Counted from the stretch's first letter, positions 38,490-50,607 are shown. The stretch is DNA of 64,000 nt from Octopus vulgaris (GCA_951406725.2 OX597821.1:23870001-23934000), one strand, 5' to 3'. Notes: a model not told the origin generated them from the sequence alone. Translations and numbers: made by a program.

Positions 38490-40156
38490 AGATTGAACGG
38501 CTGTGTTTTTTTGCGCTCTGTGAAATTCGGTTAAAAAAGAACAAAAAGTGAATGGTTGTTGTTGTGAAATTTTGAACGTCGTTAATGTGGTTTCGCGTTT
38601 CACTGGTTCTGCGAGTTGCACTTATTCGGTTCGGGAGGCCGTTTTTCGGTCTGAGGCGACTATGAGCCGCCTCTACCAAACGGATGAGATGGAAGGGAGA
38701 AATTTCTCTGAAAATTCGTCGACATCTGAGGAGGAGTTGGCGGTGAAAAAAATGGAAAGCACCTATGCAGGTATAACGAAGAAGTCAACAGAAAAAGAGA
38801 TAGACCTGGCTAAGTTGACGGACTTCCAGGAGTTCATGAAGGAGGAGGAGAACGGAGAGGTTGAGCTGTTGCCTCTAGCAGGGCGCGGAGACTGGTTCCA
38901 TCGTAGAACCATTAAATATAAAGTATTTATGAATGGAGGTAGAAAAATGGAAGTGATTAACATGGAAGCAATTGAAGAGGCTCTCAAACAGACAGGAGAA
39001 GAAATTGTGTACATGACAAAAGGATTAGAATATGGAACCATAATGGTACAATTTAAAAGTGAGAAAGCAGCCAGGAATGTAGCAGCCAAGGTGGTGAGTA
39101 CAGAAAAGATTTACTTGTTCCCCTTGTATTTGAATAGAAGGACCACCAGAATTAGGGTGGTGGGAATACCTCCACACCTAGAGGGCGAATTAATAACGGC
39201 TGCGGTTATCAAAGGAAATGAAGATGAAGCGGACATCCTCCACGCCATTATGAAATATGAAGGCGTGAGAGGTGCCACACTAGTAATGAACATACAGACG
39301 GAGGCGGAAGTTATAGAAAAGCTTACGGACAGTATAAAAACTGGGAATATTATTATGAGAGTGTGGGTGGAGGGTAGGGCGCCCAGGTGCTACAAGTGTG
39401 GCCAGAGGGGTCACATAAGAGCCTACTGCCCTCCCCCACCAAAGGAAAAAGAAAAGGAAATCGTTGCGGAAGCCCCAAAAGAGGAAGAAACTAAAGAGAA
39501 ACAAACAGAAAAGGAAACGACAGAAGAAGAGGAGATGCAACAAGAGTGGGAAGAAGGCAGAAAAAAGAGAAAAAGAAAAACTGTGCGAAGCCCCAACCCA
39601 CCCCAACACCACCCACACCCTCTGAATCCCACCCTTCCCCTGCAGACAGTGAACCCACCCGCTCCCCTCCAACAAGAAAACAAAAAAAAATTAACACAGA
39701 CAGACAAGAGACTGAAAGCGAACCCAGGCCGAACATTTGTATTATGACAGAACAGGAAGAGGTTAAAAGGGTAATGGAAGGGTATACATGGTGCGATTCA
39801 GGTGTGACCAGGTGTGCAGTGATTGAAAAGGAGAGAATAGATGAGTTTATGAGAAGGTGCGAAAGGGAGAATTGGGAGGTGGAAGAGATGAGTCTGAGTG
39901 ATGAATCCGTGAAAAATATGGAGAATCGTTTTGAAGTGAGAATGGAGAATATCGGTTTTATTATTGGAAATTGGAGTGACGGCGAAAACCAAAGGACAGG
40001 TAAGTGATGCTAACGGATGGGGCCTTTAGCATCGCTTTCATATTATCATTTTTTCATGTAACAATTCATCCTTCATAAATTTAATTATAATGTTCTATGT
40101 CCCCATGTCTTGTAATGTCCCCCTCTTCGTTGGCCTCTTGTGGGTAATAAAGAATC
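38490..40156 (+). mobile_element. ORF1/gag-only non-LTR retroelement inserted in a Helitron-like repeat
   Basis: The empty site is visible in the sister Helitron copy near 51115-51135; short AAGA duplication. No RT. 3' tail GCCTCTTGTGGGTAATAAAGAA. Confidence 0.8.
38662..39747 (+). CDS. LINE ORF1p/gag-like protein with RRM-like region and CCHC zinc knuckle
   Basis: Open frame MSRLYQ...; RRM-like MVQFKSEKAA; knuckle CYKCGQRGHIRAYC; basic RKKRKRK tract. Probably continues via a frameshift into ORF 39546-40007. Confidence 0.75.
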   Translation: MSRLYQTDEMEGRNFSENSSTSEEELAVKKMESTYAGITKKSTEKEIDLAKLTDFQEFMKEEENGEVELLPLAGRGDWFHRRTIKYKVFMNGGRKMEVINMEAIEEALKQTGEEIVYMTKGLEYGTIMVQFKSEKAARNVAAKVVSTEKIYLFPLYLNRRTTRIRVVGIPPHLEGELITAAVIKGNEDEADILHAIMKYEGVRGATLVMNIQTEAEVIEKLTDSIKTGNIIMRVWVEGRAPRCYKCGQRGHIRAYCPPPPKEKEKEIVAEAPKEEETKEKQTEKETTEEEEMQQEWEEGRKKRKRKTVRSPNPPQHHPHPLNPTLPLQTVNPPAPLQQENKKKLTQTDKRLKANPGRTFVL

Positions 40157-40686
40157 AAGATTTGAACACCTGGAGGAAAGCACCTTCGAAAAGTGTCTTG
40201 GTGCGACTATGAAAGGTATCTAATCAGAGGCGGTAAATTCGCCACAATAGAAGCAAGGTTCGAGTCAACGGAGCGTGCAAGGGAGTACTTGACTCGAACT
40301 TGCAAAGTGGAAATATTTTATTGTTACCTTTATATCTGGGACATAGGACGTCCCGGAAAAAAATTTTTAATCCCCCCCCCCAGAAGTAGAGGTAGGCTGG
40401 ATTGTAGCCACAATTCTATACAAGAGGGAGGACAAGATACAATTGATCGAAATTACAAGAGACGGGCTAACAATTCCAGTCTGTTATATATTTTGAGTAT
40501 TGTTATCACTAGCGATATCAAGATATAACTTTGTATTTTGTATTTTATGTGTAGATGTATATATATATAGATGTACATGTAATATGTACACATATATATA
40601 CACATATATACATGCACTAGCACTATGACCTGGCAACGACGGGTCTTTAATGCTAGTATATATATATATATATATATATACACATA

Positions 40687-42407
40687 CAGGGTGTTGCAGA
40701 TAAATTGAGACCAATTTTAAAGTTGACTTGGTGGGTTTAACATTTCATTTTGGGACAAAACCTTGCTTGCTTGAAAATATAGTCTTCCTTTTTATTTTTC
40801 AGGTAAATAGTGAACTGATTCAACAACAGAATCGTTCTGCCATTGTTGTCTTGGCACAAACAAGGCACACTGCCCATAAAATTGTTAAGTTGACGAAACT
40901 TCCAAAAGCAACAGTTTATCATGTGTATAAACAATTTAAAGAAAAAAGAAAGATTGATAGAAAAGGACACAAGACTCAAAGTGATTCCAAGCCAATCCAA
41001 AGTTTCTCGCTGGACTCAAATGCTTGATTGTAGCCAACCCATCCACATCCATTACAACTCTCACAAAGAAATGCAATGTGTCCCTTTCTGCTGTGTCCAG
41101 AGCTGTGAACAGGAGCCTTGTCATGACTAGCTATGTTCGATGATGCTGTCACTTCCTAACAGCCAAGGCGAAAGCAGTCAGAGCTGAGAGATGCCCAAAG
41201 CTTCTGTCATTCATCAAGCATCAAGGTGCTGGAAAAACTCTTGTGTTTGTGGACAAGAAGTTCACCGTGGACACTGAGGTGAATTGTAGAAATTCTCGAG
41301 TGATTGCATATACAACCCTTCTGACGTCCCCACCAGTATTTGAGACTGTGAACCCTGCCTCTGTGATGGTATTTGGAGTTGTGGCTAGTGACGTAAGTGC
41401 CATGGATCCACACGAGTTTGGCTTGAAAATTGACACAAAGGAGTATCTGGACACCCTGAAGAACTCTCTGTTAGAAGAACTCAGAACTCTCTAGGAGTTC
41501 TTCTAACAGAGATATATAAGATGACAGGTACATAGGCACGGATATATATATATATATCAGTAATGGATGGAAGCACTCTGTCGGTTACGATGACGAGGGT
41601 TCCGGTTGATCCAATCAACGGAACAGCCTGCTTGTGAAATTAACGTGTAAGTGGCTGAGCACTCCACAGACACGTGTACCCTTAACGCAGTTCTCGGGGA
41701 TATTCAGCGTGACAAAGAGAGTGACAAGGCTGGCCCTTTGAAATACAGGTACAACAGAAACAGGAAGTAAGAGTGAGAGAAAGTTGTGGTGAAAGAGTAC
41801 AGCAGGGATCACCACCATCCCCTGCCGGAGCCTCGTGGAGCTTTAGGTGTTTTCGCTCAATAAACACTCACAACGCCCGGTCTGGGAATCAAAACCGCGA
41901 GACCGCTGCCCTAACCACTGGGCCATTGCGCCTCCACCTATCAGTAATAATCTCTGTTAGAAGAACTCTTGATGATGGAACAGAAGTTTGAGCTTGACAA
42001 TGTGGTGCTTATCCAGAATTCTGCACCATGCCATGGTCAAAAGCATCACAGGCCTTCCTTGGTGAGGAGGTGTCATTTTTTGTGAGGGTCAACATCAGGC
42101 CCAATAATAGCCCAGATCTCAACCTTCTCAATTACTTTTTATGGGGCATACTTCAAGCAAGGACCAATGCTTCACCACACTCAAGTGTAAACAGTTTGAA
42201 GACATGCAGAGGTTGCAGCAGCTGCAAAAGAATTTCATTCCCGTGTAGAAGCAGTAACTGCCCAAAACGATGGCCATATTGAGTGATAAATGTTTTTGTT
42301 GTAATAAATGTTACCTTAAAATTATATCTGTCTACTACTATTATTTTAGTATTTATAACCAGTTTTATGCATCGTAAAAATTGTCTCAATTTATCTGCAA
42401 GATCTTG
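40687..42407 (+). mobile_element. Decayed Tc1/mariner-superfamily transposon containing a SINE insertion
   Basis: TIRs CAGGGTGTTGCAGATAAATTGAGAC / GTCTCAATTTATCTGCAAGATCTTG with TA flanks. Transposase relics FVDKKFTVD, SVMVFGVV and PNNSPDLNLLNYFLWG. Confidence 0.85.
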
Positions 42408-42554
42408 TAGGCAAGTAAAAATACACTTACACTCAAACTATATGGGGAGAGAGAGAGAGAGAGAGAGAGAGAAGCAGACAAACAGAGCAACACATAGCTT
42501 TGGTAAATGCATAAATGAAAGAGGTGAACAGTAAAAAAATTGATAATTACTTAC

Positions 42555-42647
42555 CTCATACTGAGACATAAAACAGCTGGCCAATATATAGGCAAAGACA
42601 CACACTAAGAGGACAGGGATGGCATAATAATGGAGATCTTCATCTGT
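42555..42647 (-). CDS. SLC44A1: CTL-like exon
   Basis: 93 bp; TDEDLHYYAIPVLLVCVFAYILASCFMSQYE. Confidence 0.9.
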
Positions 42648-42809
42648 CTGTAAAAGTAGAAATGGTAAGAATTATTACATATTCAGAATAGTGCTGTAAA
42701 TAATGATCGTGAAATGCTGGCACAGTTTCTGTCTTAGTCATTATAAGTATTACAGAGTGTCTAGCTGGGTTGATAGACAAACAGGTACATAGACATGGAT
42801 ATATATATA

Positions 42810-43138
42810 TGGCTCAGTGGTTAGAGCGTCGAGCTTACGATCGTGAGGTTGTGAGCTCGAATCCCGGACCGGGCTGCGTGTTGTGTTCTTGAGTAAGACA
42901 CTTTATTTCACGTTGCTCCAGTTCACTCAGCTGTAGAAATGAGTTGCGACGTCACAGGTGCCAAGCTGTATCGACCTTTGTCTTTCCCTTGGATAACACT
43001 GGTAGCGTGGAGAGGGGAGGCCAGTATGCATGGGCGACTACTGGTCTTCCATAAAACAACCTTGCCCAGACTTGTGCCTCAGAGGGTAACTCTCTAGGTG
43101 CAAACCCATGGTCACTCATGACTGAAGGGGGTCTTTAA
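42810..43138 (+). mobile_element. tRNA-derived SINE family C. Other copies: ~20737-21074(-), 49540-49882(-)
   Basis: TGGCTCAGTGG A box and GCTCGAATCCC B box; three similar copies. Confidence 0.8.
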
Positions 43139-44103
43139 TATATATATATATATATGCGCGTGGCTTTGGGGCTAGGGTGTTGAACTCATGATCGTAAGGT
43201 TGTGGTTTCGATTCCTGGACTGGGCGATGCGTTGTGTTCTTGAGCAAAACACTTCATTTCACGTTGTTCCAGTCCACTCAGCTGGCAAAAATGAGTGATC
43301 CTGCGATGGACCAGTGTCCCGTCCAGGTGGGGAATTTCTACGCCGCTGAAACCGGGAAACCGGCCCTTACGAGCCTAGCATGGCTCCAGAAGGAATATTT
43401 ATTTTAGTCCAACCCATGCTAGTGCGGGAAACGGACGCTAAACGATGATGATATATATATATTAGGGAGTATAACTCCAAACTTACAGGGAAAAATTCAA
43501 TTTAGTATTAAATCAAATTTCACAATATAAATATATAAAATATAAATTAGAGATAAAACCACTATTATTCAACTCAGTGACAGACATAAATCAAAACATA
43601 AATAACAAATAATATATATTTATAACTAGATCTCAAAAAGTATAAAAATGAATGATCAATATTGTTTGAGTTGCACAATAGTGGTTTTATCTCTAATTTA
43701 TATTATATATATATATATATATATATACAAATTGAGATAGGGGTTGTGAGTGCAACCCACCCTGGGATACCATATATCCAATATGCTGCTAGTGAAGTAC
43801 CCAACAAAGTTAATACATAAATGTTAAGAATTGCGATGCAATTAATTCATTTATTGTATTATATGGGCAAAGGTAAAATGTTTTACCACAAATTAATAAT
43901 ACAAAATAAGAAAATGGAGAAATACACCTTAATCAATAATCAACTACCAGATAATACCCAATCACAATTTATTAACCCAATACATATGAATATCAAGGTC
44001 AAACATGATAGTATAGAACAAAACAATGCACATCAATGATACAATATGATACAATAAGTACAATATGTATAAGTGAATATAAATAAATATAAATATAAAC
44101 TAC

Positions 44104-44230
44104 ATCTTACAGCTGTTTCAGCCATGCAGATATGGGTATCTCATTATGCTCATATTAGCCAGGTGTGATAAGTTAATATGTGGTTATAAATGAGACACTT
44201 ACAAAAATATCCCAAGGCCTCTTCAGAGAT
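44104..44230 (-). ncRNA. Minimal type I hammerhead ribozyme with ~100-nt stem II, GUA cleavage site
   Basis: Minus strand: AUCU-CUGAAGA-GGCC...GGCU-GAAAC-AGCU-GUA|AGAU. Stem III is the palindrome CAGCUG. Stem II pairs internally (GAUAU/AUAUC, GUGUCUCAUU/AAUGAGAUAC, CAUAUUA/UAAUAUG). Confidence 0.82.
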
Positions 44231-44499
44231 TATAAAATACAAGCTAAACTAAATATGAATATCAGAGGAGGTACACCCATACAAGAGTGGGTACATACCC
44301 ATAATATATAATATACACATACATATGAGTGCATATACCCATACTCCTATATATATATACACACATATACATAATAATATACAACAATATACATACATAT
44401 GTTCTATATTCAAGGTTACTGCTGTTGTTAGTCAACAACAACTATCGGCGATGTATTTTTCATTTGTCACTGTTATTTATGACCCGTTCGTGCATTTGT

Positions 44500-44601
44500 A
44501 CTGGTTTTAGCTCTAAGGTTTTAGGGTTTTAGGGTTAGGGTCAGGGTTTTAGGGTTAGGGTTAAGGTGTTAGGGTTACGGTTTTAGGGTTAGGATTAAGG
44601 T
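44500..44601 (+). repeat. Interstitial telomere-like (TTAGGG)n tract
   Basis: Degenerate TTAGGG/TTTTAGGG array. Confidence 0.85.
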
Positions 44602-45149
44602 TCTTGTTGACAAACAACAGCAGTAATTTTATTCAGCTGAATACACATCATTGATTGGTTGAAATTACCAAAATACGACAACTTTAACATGAAATAACTT
44701 CCTAAATATAAGCTTTTCTCAAAAACGCTAAGAGTAAAAGATGTTTTATATGACACATTCTACTAGTGTCCGAAGTTTGAAAGTGTTTAGTTACAAAAAA
44801 TTATTTTTTAAATCTGTTGGTCAAAAGGTAAAGATCCAATTCTCATTTATAGCTATCATACTATGTTAAGATGAGGAGACACACACACACACACACGCAC
44901 TGTATTTTCAAGCATATAAGGTGCACCCCGATTTTGGCAGGCTGAACCTGCAAAAAATAAAAATGATAACTGCAGCTAACCCTGAATATCCTAGCTAAAT
45001 GTCTCACACATTTTCATGTATAGGAACCATGAGAATTTAAACTAATGCCTTTTGGTAAAGCTATTATGTATGGCAGGCTAAGTTACTATACTTACTTTAA
45101 CACTACCAAATATCATCATTGACCTCTACCATCACCATTATTGTCTATT

Positions 45150-45532
45150 GTGGAGGCGCAATGGCCCAGTGGTTAGGGCAGCGGACTCGCGGTCGTAGGA
45201 TCGCGGTTTCGATTCCCAGACTGGGCGTTGTGAGTCTTTATTGAGCGAAAACACCCAAAGCTCCATGAGGCTCCGGCAGGGATGGTGGTGATCCCTGCTG
45301 TACTCTTTCACCACAACTTTCTCTCACTCTTACTTCCTGTTTCTGTTGTACCTGTATTTCAAAGGGCCGGCCTTGTCACTCTCTGTGTCAAGCTGAATAT
45401 CCCCGAGAACTACATTAAGGGTACACGTGTCTGTGGAGTGCTCAGCCACTTACACATTAATTTCACGAGCAGGCTGTTCCGTTGATCGGATCAACCGGAA
45501 CCCTCGTTGTCGTAATCCGACAGAGTGCTTCC
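45150..45532 (+). mobile_element. tRNA-derived SINE family B. Other copies: ~1406-1782(+), 8425-8803(-), 41565-41937(-), 47502-47882(+)
   Basis: Head GGCGCAATGGCCCAGTGGTTAGG...GGTTTCGATTCC. TSDs visible, e.g. TATCAGTAAT around the 41565 copy and TTTACAGTT around the 47502 copy. Confidence 0.85.
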
Positions 45533-45987
45533 TTCCTATTGTCTATCATTAATAACACTAACCAAATCTACCCAAAGCCCAACCTTCAGCAAATAAGATG
45601 CAGGGTGACTTTTAGGGGTAATGTTTTGGAAAAATGTATGCCTTAGAGGCCAGAAAATACAATATATAAAGGGTTTTTTTTAGAAGACACTTGCCAAAGT
45701 GCCTTAGAGTGGGACTGAACTCGAAACCATGTGGTTGAGAAGTAAACTTCTTAACCACACAATCATGCTTACACTGAGGAAAATGGAAGGACAAATGTAA
45801 CATATAGAGTGAGAGCACTGAAAGGTGCCAAGATGTAAGTTGCAAAAGAAAAGAATGCTTTGGATCAAGATATTGTGCAAATTTTTGTAAATTTTGAGAA
45901 AACAAGAGAGAAAGATTCGGTAAGATAGAAGCAGTCTGAGGGTCACAGGAATGGAAATGAAAGTTATTAAGAATACATTAGTCTTAC

Positions 45988-46116
45988 CTTAAACCATGCA
46001 ATTCCTATAGCACCAGTGAGGACCATAATAGAGATTTTCGTCAAGAAGAGCAGAAAATCACCAACACTGTTGATCGCAGCCACACGTAGAACATTATTGA
46101 CCAGAAGATTAAATGC
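45988..46116 (-). CDS. SLC44A1: CTL-like exon
   Basis: 129 bp; [43 protein letters not shown]. Confidence 0.92.
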
Positions 46117-46832
46117 CTGGAATTAGAATTCAAAGAGTATTTTTGGTTGAGTTATAAAGTTAAGGAAATACTGAAATGTTAAAATTTTAATGTGACAAAA
46201 ATTTTGTCTCATTGAAGGAAGATTCATTGAAAATTAAAACAAAATGATGCCTAAAATTTAATAAACATAGTATACATACATATACTGTCTGTACTAACTT
46301 ATGTGTCCTTTTCCTAGTTTATGGATGTTATGAACTATACTATTCTCTTATTAATTCTTTTCTATAATAGTAAATAGCAGATAAAAATATAGAAATCCTT
46401 TTCTGAGTTAAGCATGAAAGTGCAGTACAGTGTCTAATGATGTTGGTAGCTGGATGCTGTCTTTACCTAATATTAAAAACTATGCAGCTTAATTGTCAGG
46501 TAGCCATGATCAACGGATTAGATGGCAAGCAGAAGAAAGTTTGAATAAAAGTCTTCTTTTGAACTGGTTTATGACAACAGCATCCTTATAGATCTTATGA
46601 TTGGGTTAATCAAGAAGGAAAACAACATAACTCAGGAACATTTTCAAGTCTGGTGGGAGAAAGGGAGAAGAAGACTATCACAACAGAGAGGACTCTGAAA
46701 AGCAAACCCGATAATCAGGTGGTGGCGTTTCACCTGACAATGGATAAAATCTACCCATTAAGAACAGAGGCAATCCCTCCAATGAACTTTCATAGTTTCT
46801 ATCAAACAAATTTCACAAGACTTTGGTCATCC

Positions 46833-48050
46833 TAGCTAGGTGGACTGTGCCTCCACATGGTCTCTATTTACTGTTAGGTGGACAGTTCTGTCACATGGAT
46901 CTATTTAAAGCTAGGTGGAATATACATCCACATGATACCTATTACAACCAGGTGGACTCTACCTTCACAAGATATCTATTTACAACTAGGTGAACTGTAT
47001 TTCCACATGGTAGCTATTTACATTTAGGTGGATAGTAACTCCATGCAGTACCATTATTTTACTGGCACTCCTTTGGTTATGAAGATGAGAGTTCCAGTTG
47101 ATGTGATCAACAGAACAGTTAGCTCATGAAATAAACATGCAAGTGGCTGAGCACTTCACAGATACACATGCCTTTAACAGGGAGAGTCATGACAAGGTTG
47201 GCCCTTTGAAATACAGGTAGCGCTTGCTTTTTTCAGCTGAGTAAACTGGAGCAATGTAAAATAAAATGTCTTACTCAAGGACACAACGTGGTACTGGGTA
47301 TCGAACTGATGACCTTACAATTGTGAGCTAAATACTCTAACCACTAAACCACGTTCCTTCACATATACAGTACCTATTTACAGATTCAGCGAGCTGTACC
47401 TCCACATGAAGTATATACAGATATCTCTGGAGACTATCTCCTAACATGATGCCTTTTTACAGCTATGTAAACTATATCTTCAGATGTACTTATTTACAGT
47501 TGTGGAGGCGCAATGGTCCAGTAGTTAGGGCAGCAGACTTGCAGTCGTAGGATCACGGTTTCGATTCCCAGACCGGGCGTTGTGAGTGTTTATTGAGCGA
47601 AAACACCTAAAGCTCCACGAGGCTCCGGCAGGGATGGTGGTGATCCCTGCTGTACTCTTTCACCACAACTTTCTCTCACTCTTACTTCCTGTTTCTGTTG
47701 TACCTGTATTTCAAAGGGCCGGCCTTGTCACTCTCTGTGTCACGCTGAATATCCCCGAGAACTACGTTAAGGGTACACGTGTCTGTGGAGTGCTCAGCCA
47801 CTTGCACGTTAATTTCACGAGCAGGCTGTTCCGTTGATCGGATCAACCGGAACCCTCATCATCGTAACCGATGGAGTGCTTCAGATTTACAGTTAGATGG
47901 GCTGTACCTCGACATGGTACCTCAACAGGGTACATAATCACAGCTAGTTGTATCATGTCTCCACTTTATACCTAGTTATAGCTAGGTGGATTGCACCTCC
48001 ACATGGTATCTATTTACAGCTAGATGGATTGTGTCTTCACATGGTCCTTC
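46833..48050. repeat. Degenerate ~36-bp minisatellite interrupted by SINEs
   Basis: Unit approximately CAGCTAGGTGGACTGTACCTCCACATGGTATCTATTTA, repeated more than 10 times. Confidence 0.7.
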
Positions 48051-48260
48051 AATGCATTTTATATGGACTGTATCACTTACTGCAAAGAGTACCCAGTCAC
48101 TTAATAACAAAATGTATATATCTTAGACATAGCACAGTTCTGACAACATTATATGGATTTGTGGTCTTTTTGTTGGGAGTTCAAAACTACTAGTAACAAG
48201 GATAGCTATATATATATCGACTAAGAAAAAAAAATGTATAATATGAGAAATAACTCATAC

Positions 48261-48298
48261 CCTCCTGGCTGAGGTGCAGAAACTGGTTCCTTTGATGG
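48261..48298 (-). CDS. SLC44A1: CTL-like micro-exon
   Basis: 38 bp, canonical sites; (A)IKGTSFCTSARR; phases match the flanking exons. Confidence 0.88.
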
Positions 48299-48399
48299 CT
48301 GTAAATAGACAGGAAAACAAAATGAAAATATATCAAAATGAATTTTCAAGAAACTTCTTTACACTAACAAGCAACGACAATTGTTTCTAACTTAGGCAC

Positions 48400-48885
48400 A
48401 GGACCACAAATAAACAGCAGAGGTTTACTGCAATCAACTCGCTGAAATGCATGCTCACTCGTAAAAAATGAGACCTGCATTGGTGCGTGGACATGGCCCA
48501 ATTCTGCTCCATGATAATGCAAAGCCACATGTTGCAAGAATGATGCTGCAGAAACTCACAGACTTGGGATACAAGACTTTACCACATTCTCCCAATTCTC
48601 CTGATTTTTCACCCAATCACTACCATTTATTTAAGTATTTAAACACATTTTTAAGTTATAAAACTTTCAGGTCCAAACCAGAGGTGGAATCAGCTTTCGA
48701 AGATTTCTTAGCATCAAAGCCAATAAGTTTTTATAGACAAGGCATAAATAATCTTGTTGATTGATGGCAGAGATACATAGATGTTCATGGCTCATATACT
48801 TTGACTAATCAAAACATTTTTATTGTTAATTTTTCCAGAATAAAATTATGTTTCTGAAATCGGCCAATATTTTCGGAACAACCTA

Positions 48886-48887
<2 letters not shown>
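48400..48887 (+). mobile_element. Mariner transposase 3' relic
   Basis: ILLHDNAKPHVA...LPHSPNSPDFSPNHYHLF; TIR-like end ...GAACAACCTAATA. Confidence 0.85.
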
Positions 48888-48937
<50 letters not shown>

Positions 48938-48965
48938 GTATGTAAGTATATGTATGTATGTATAT

Positions 48966-49022
<57 letters not shown>

Positions 49023-49225
49023 ATCCAAACAAGAAAGCACAAAAAAAAACACAACAACGTGAAGACATGGAACAAATATAGTATTATTGGATGCTCAGGA
49101 AAGAATATATATATCATCATCATCATCGTTTAACGTCCGTTCGCCGATGATGATGATGATATATATATTCTTTCCTGATGTACATACATATATATACATA
49201 TATATACATATATATATACATATAA

Positions 49226-49283
<58 letters not shown>

Positions 49284-49475
49284 GTATATATATGTATATA
49301 TATGTATGTACATGTGCTCAGGAAAGAATATATATATCATCATCATCATCGTTTAACGTCCGTTCGCCGATGATGATGATGATATATATATTCTTTCCTG
49401 AGCACATGTACATACATATATATACATATATATACATATATATATACATATAAATACATATATATATACATATAA

Positions 49476-49529
<54 letters not shown>

Positions 49530-49896
49530 TTATATGTATCGGGACCCCCTTCGGTCATGACACTGACCATGGGATTGTACCTAGAAAGTTACCCTCCTAG
49601 TTGCAAGTCTGGGCAAGGTGTTTTTTTTTTATGGAAGACCAGCAGTCGCCCATGCATACCGGCCTCCCCTCTCCACGCCACCAGTGTTATCCAAGGGAAA
49701 GGCAGTAGCCGATACAGCATGGCACTCGTGACGTCGCAACTCATTTCTACAGCTGAGTGAACTGGAGCAACGTGAAATAAAGTGTCTTGCTCAAGAACAC
49801 AACACACAGTCCAGTCCGGGATTCGAGTTCACAACCTCATGATCGTAAGCTCGATGCTCTAACCACTGAGCCATGTGCCTTCATTTTATATGTATG

Positions 49897-49927
<31 letters not shown>

Positions 49928-50008
49928 TATATATACATATATATATATAAATACATGCTGGCATGGTTTGGATGATATGAATGAGAACTGGCAAGATGGG
50001 AGGCTGCA

Positions 50009-50053
<45 letters not shown>

Positions 50054-50607
50054 TATCATTTTAAACAGTTTGATTTGGTTCCATGCAATTTAAAGTTTCA
50101 CAGGACTTAAAGTTAACAGGCTTTGGTAATCTAAAGCCTGAAAGAGACAGGTTTCTGTTAGGACCCTGCAAAACTTTAAGTCAGATGGACCTGAATGAAA
50201 CTATTTTGAATTATATTTGTAACTTCTACTGACTATATTGAGTGCCCTTTTCTTTTGTCCGCCCACTCACTTCTGGGCGTTGCCAGTGTCATGTAAATGT
50301 GACTTGTGAAACCGTAGTTGTGGCTGCTGCTATTGCTGGTGTTATGTAAATGGCACCTGTGCCGGTGGTACATAAAAAGCATCATTACACTCTTGGAGTT
50401 GCTGGTGTTAGGAAAGGTATCCAACCATAGAAACTATGCCAAAACAGACTGGGACTTGGTGCAGCTCTCCATCTTACCAGTTCCAGTCAAACTGTCTAAC
50501 CCATTCCAGTATGGAAAGTGGATTTTATATGATGATGATGATGATGATATATACATATATACATACACACACACACACATCGATGGATTGATAAATATGT
50601 ATATATC

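Larger units (their letters stand above)
37968..40656 (+). mobile_element. Non-autonomous Helitron-like repeat interrupted by the gag-only element
   Basis: 5' TCTTTATATATATAAAACTGAG..., 3' ...ATGCTAG|T. Near-identical to 50608-51631. Confidence 0.75.

Noticed and set aside
45150-45225. tRNA-like sequences at SINE heads
   Set aside because: They continue into multi-copy SINE bodies and lack a complete cloverleaf and terminator.
46833-48050. ~36-bp periodic repeat resembling a CRISPR array
   Set aside because: Eukaryotic context, contiguous degenerate units without unique spacers and no cas genes; it is a minisatellite.
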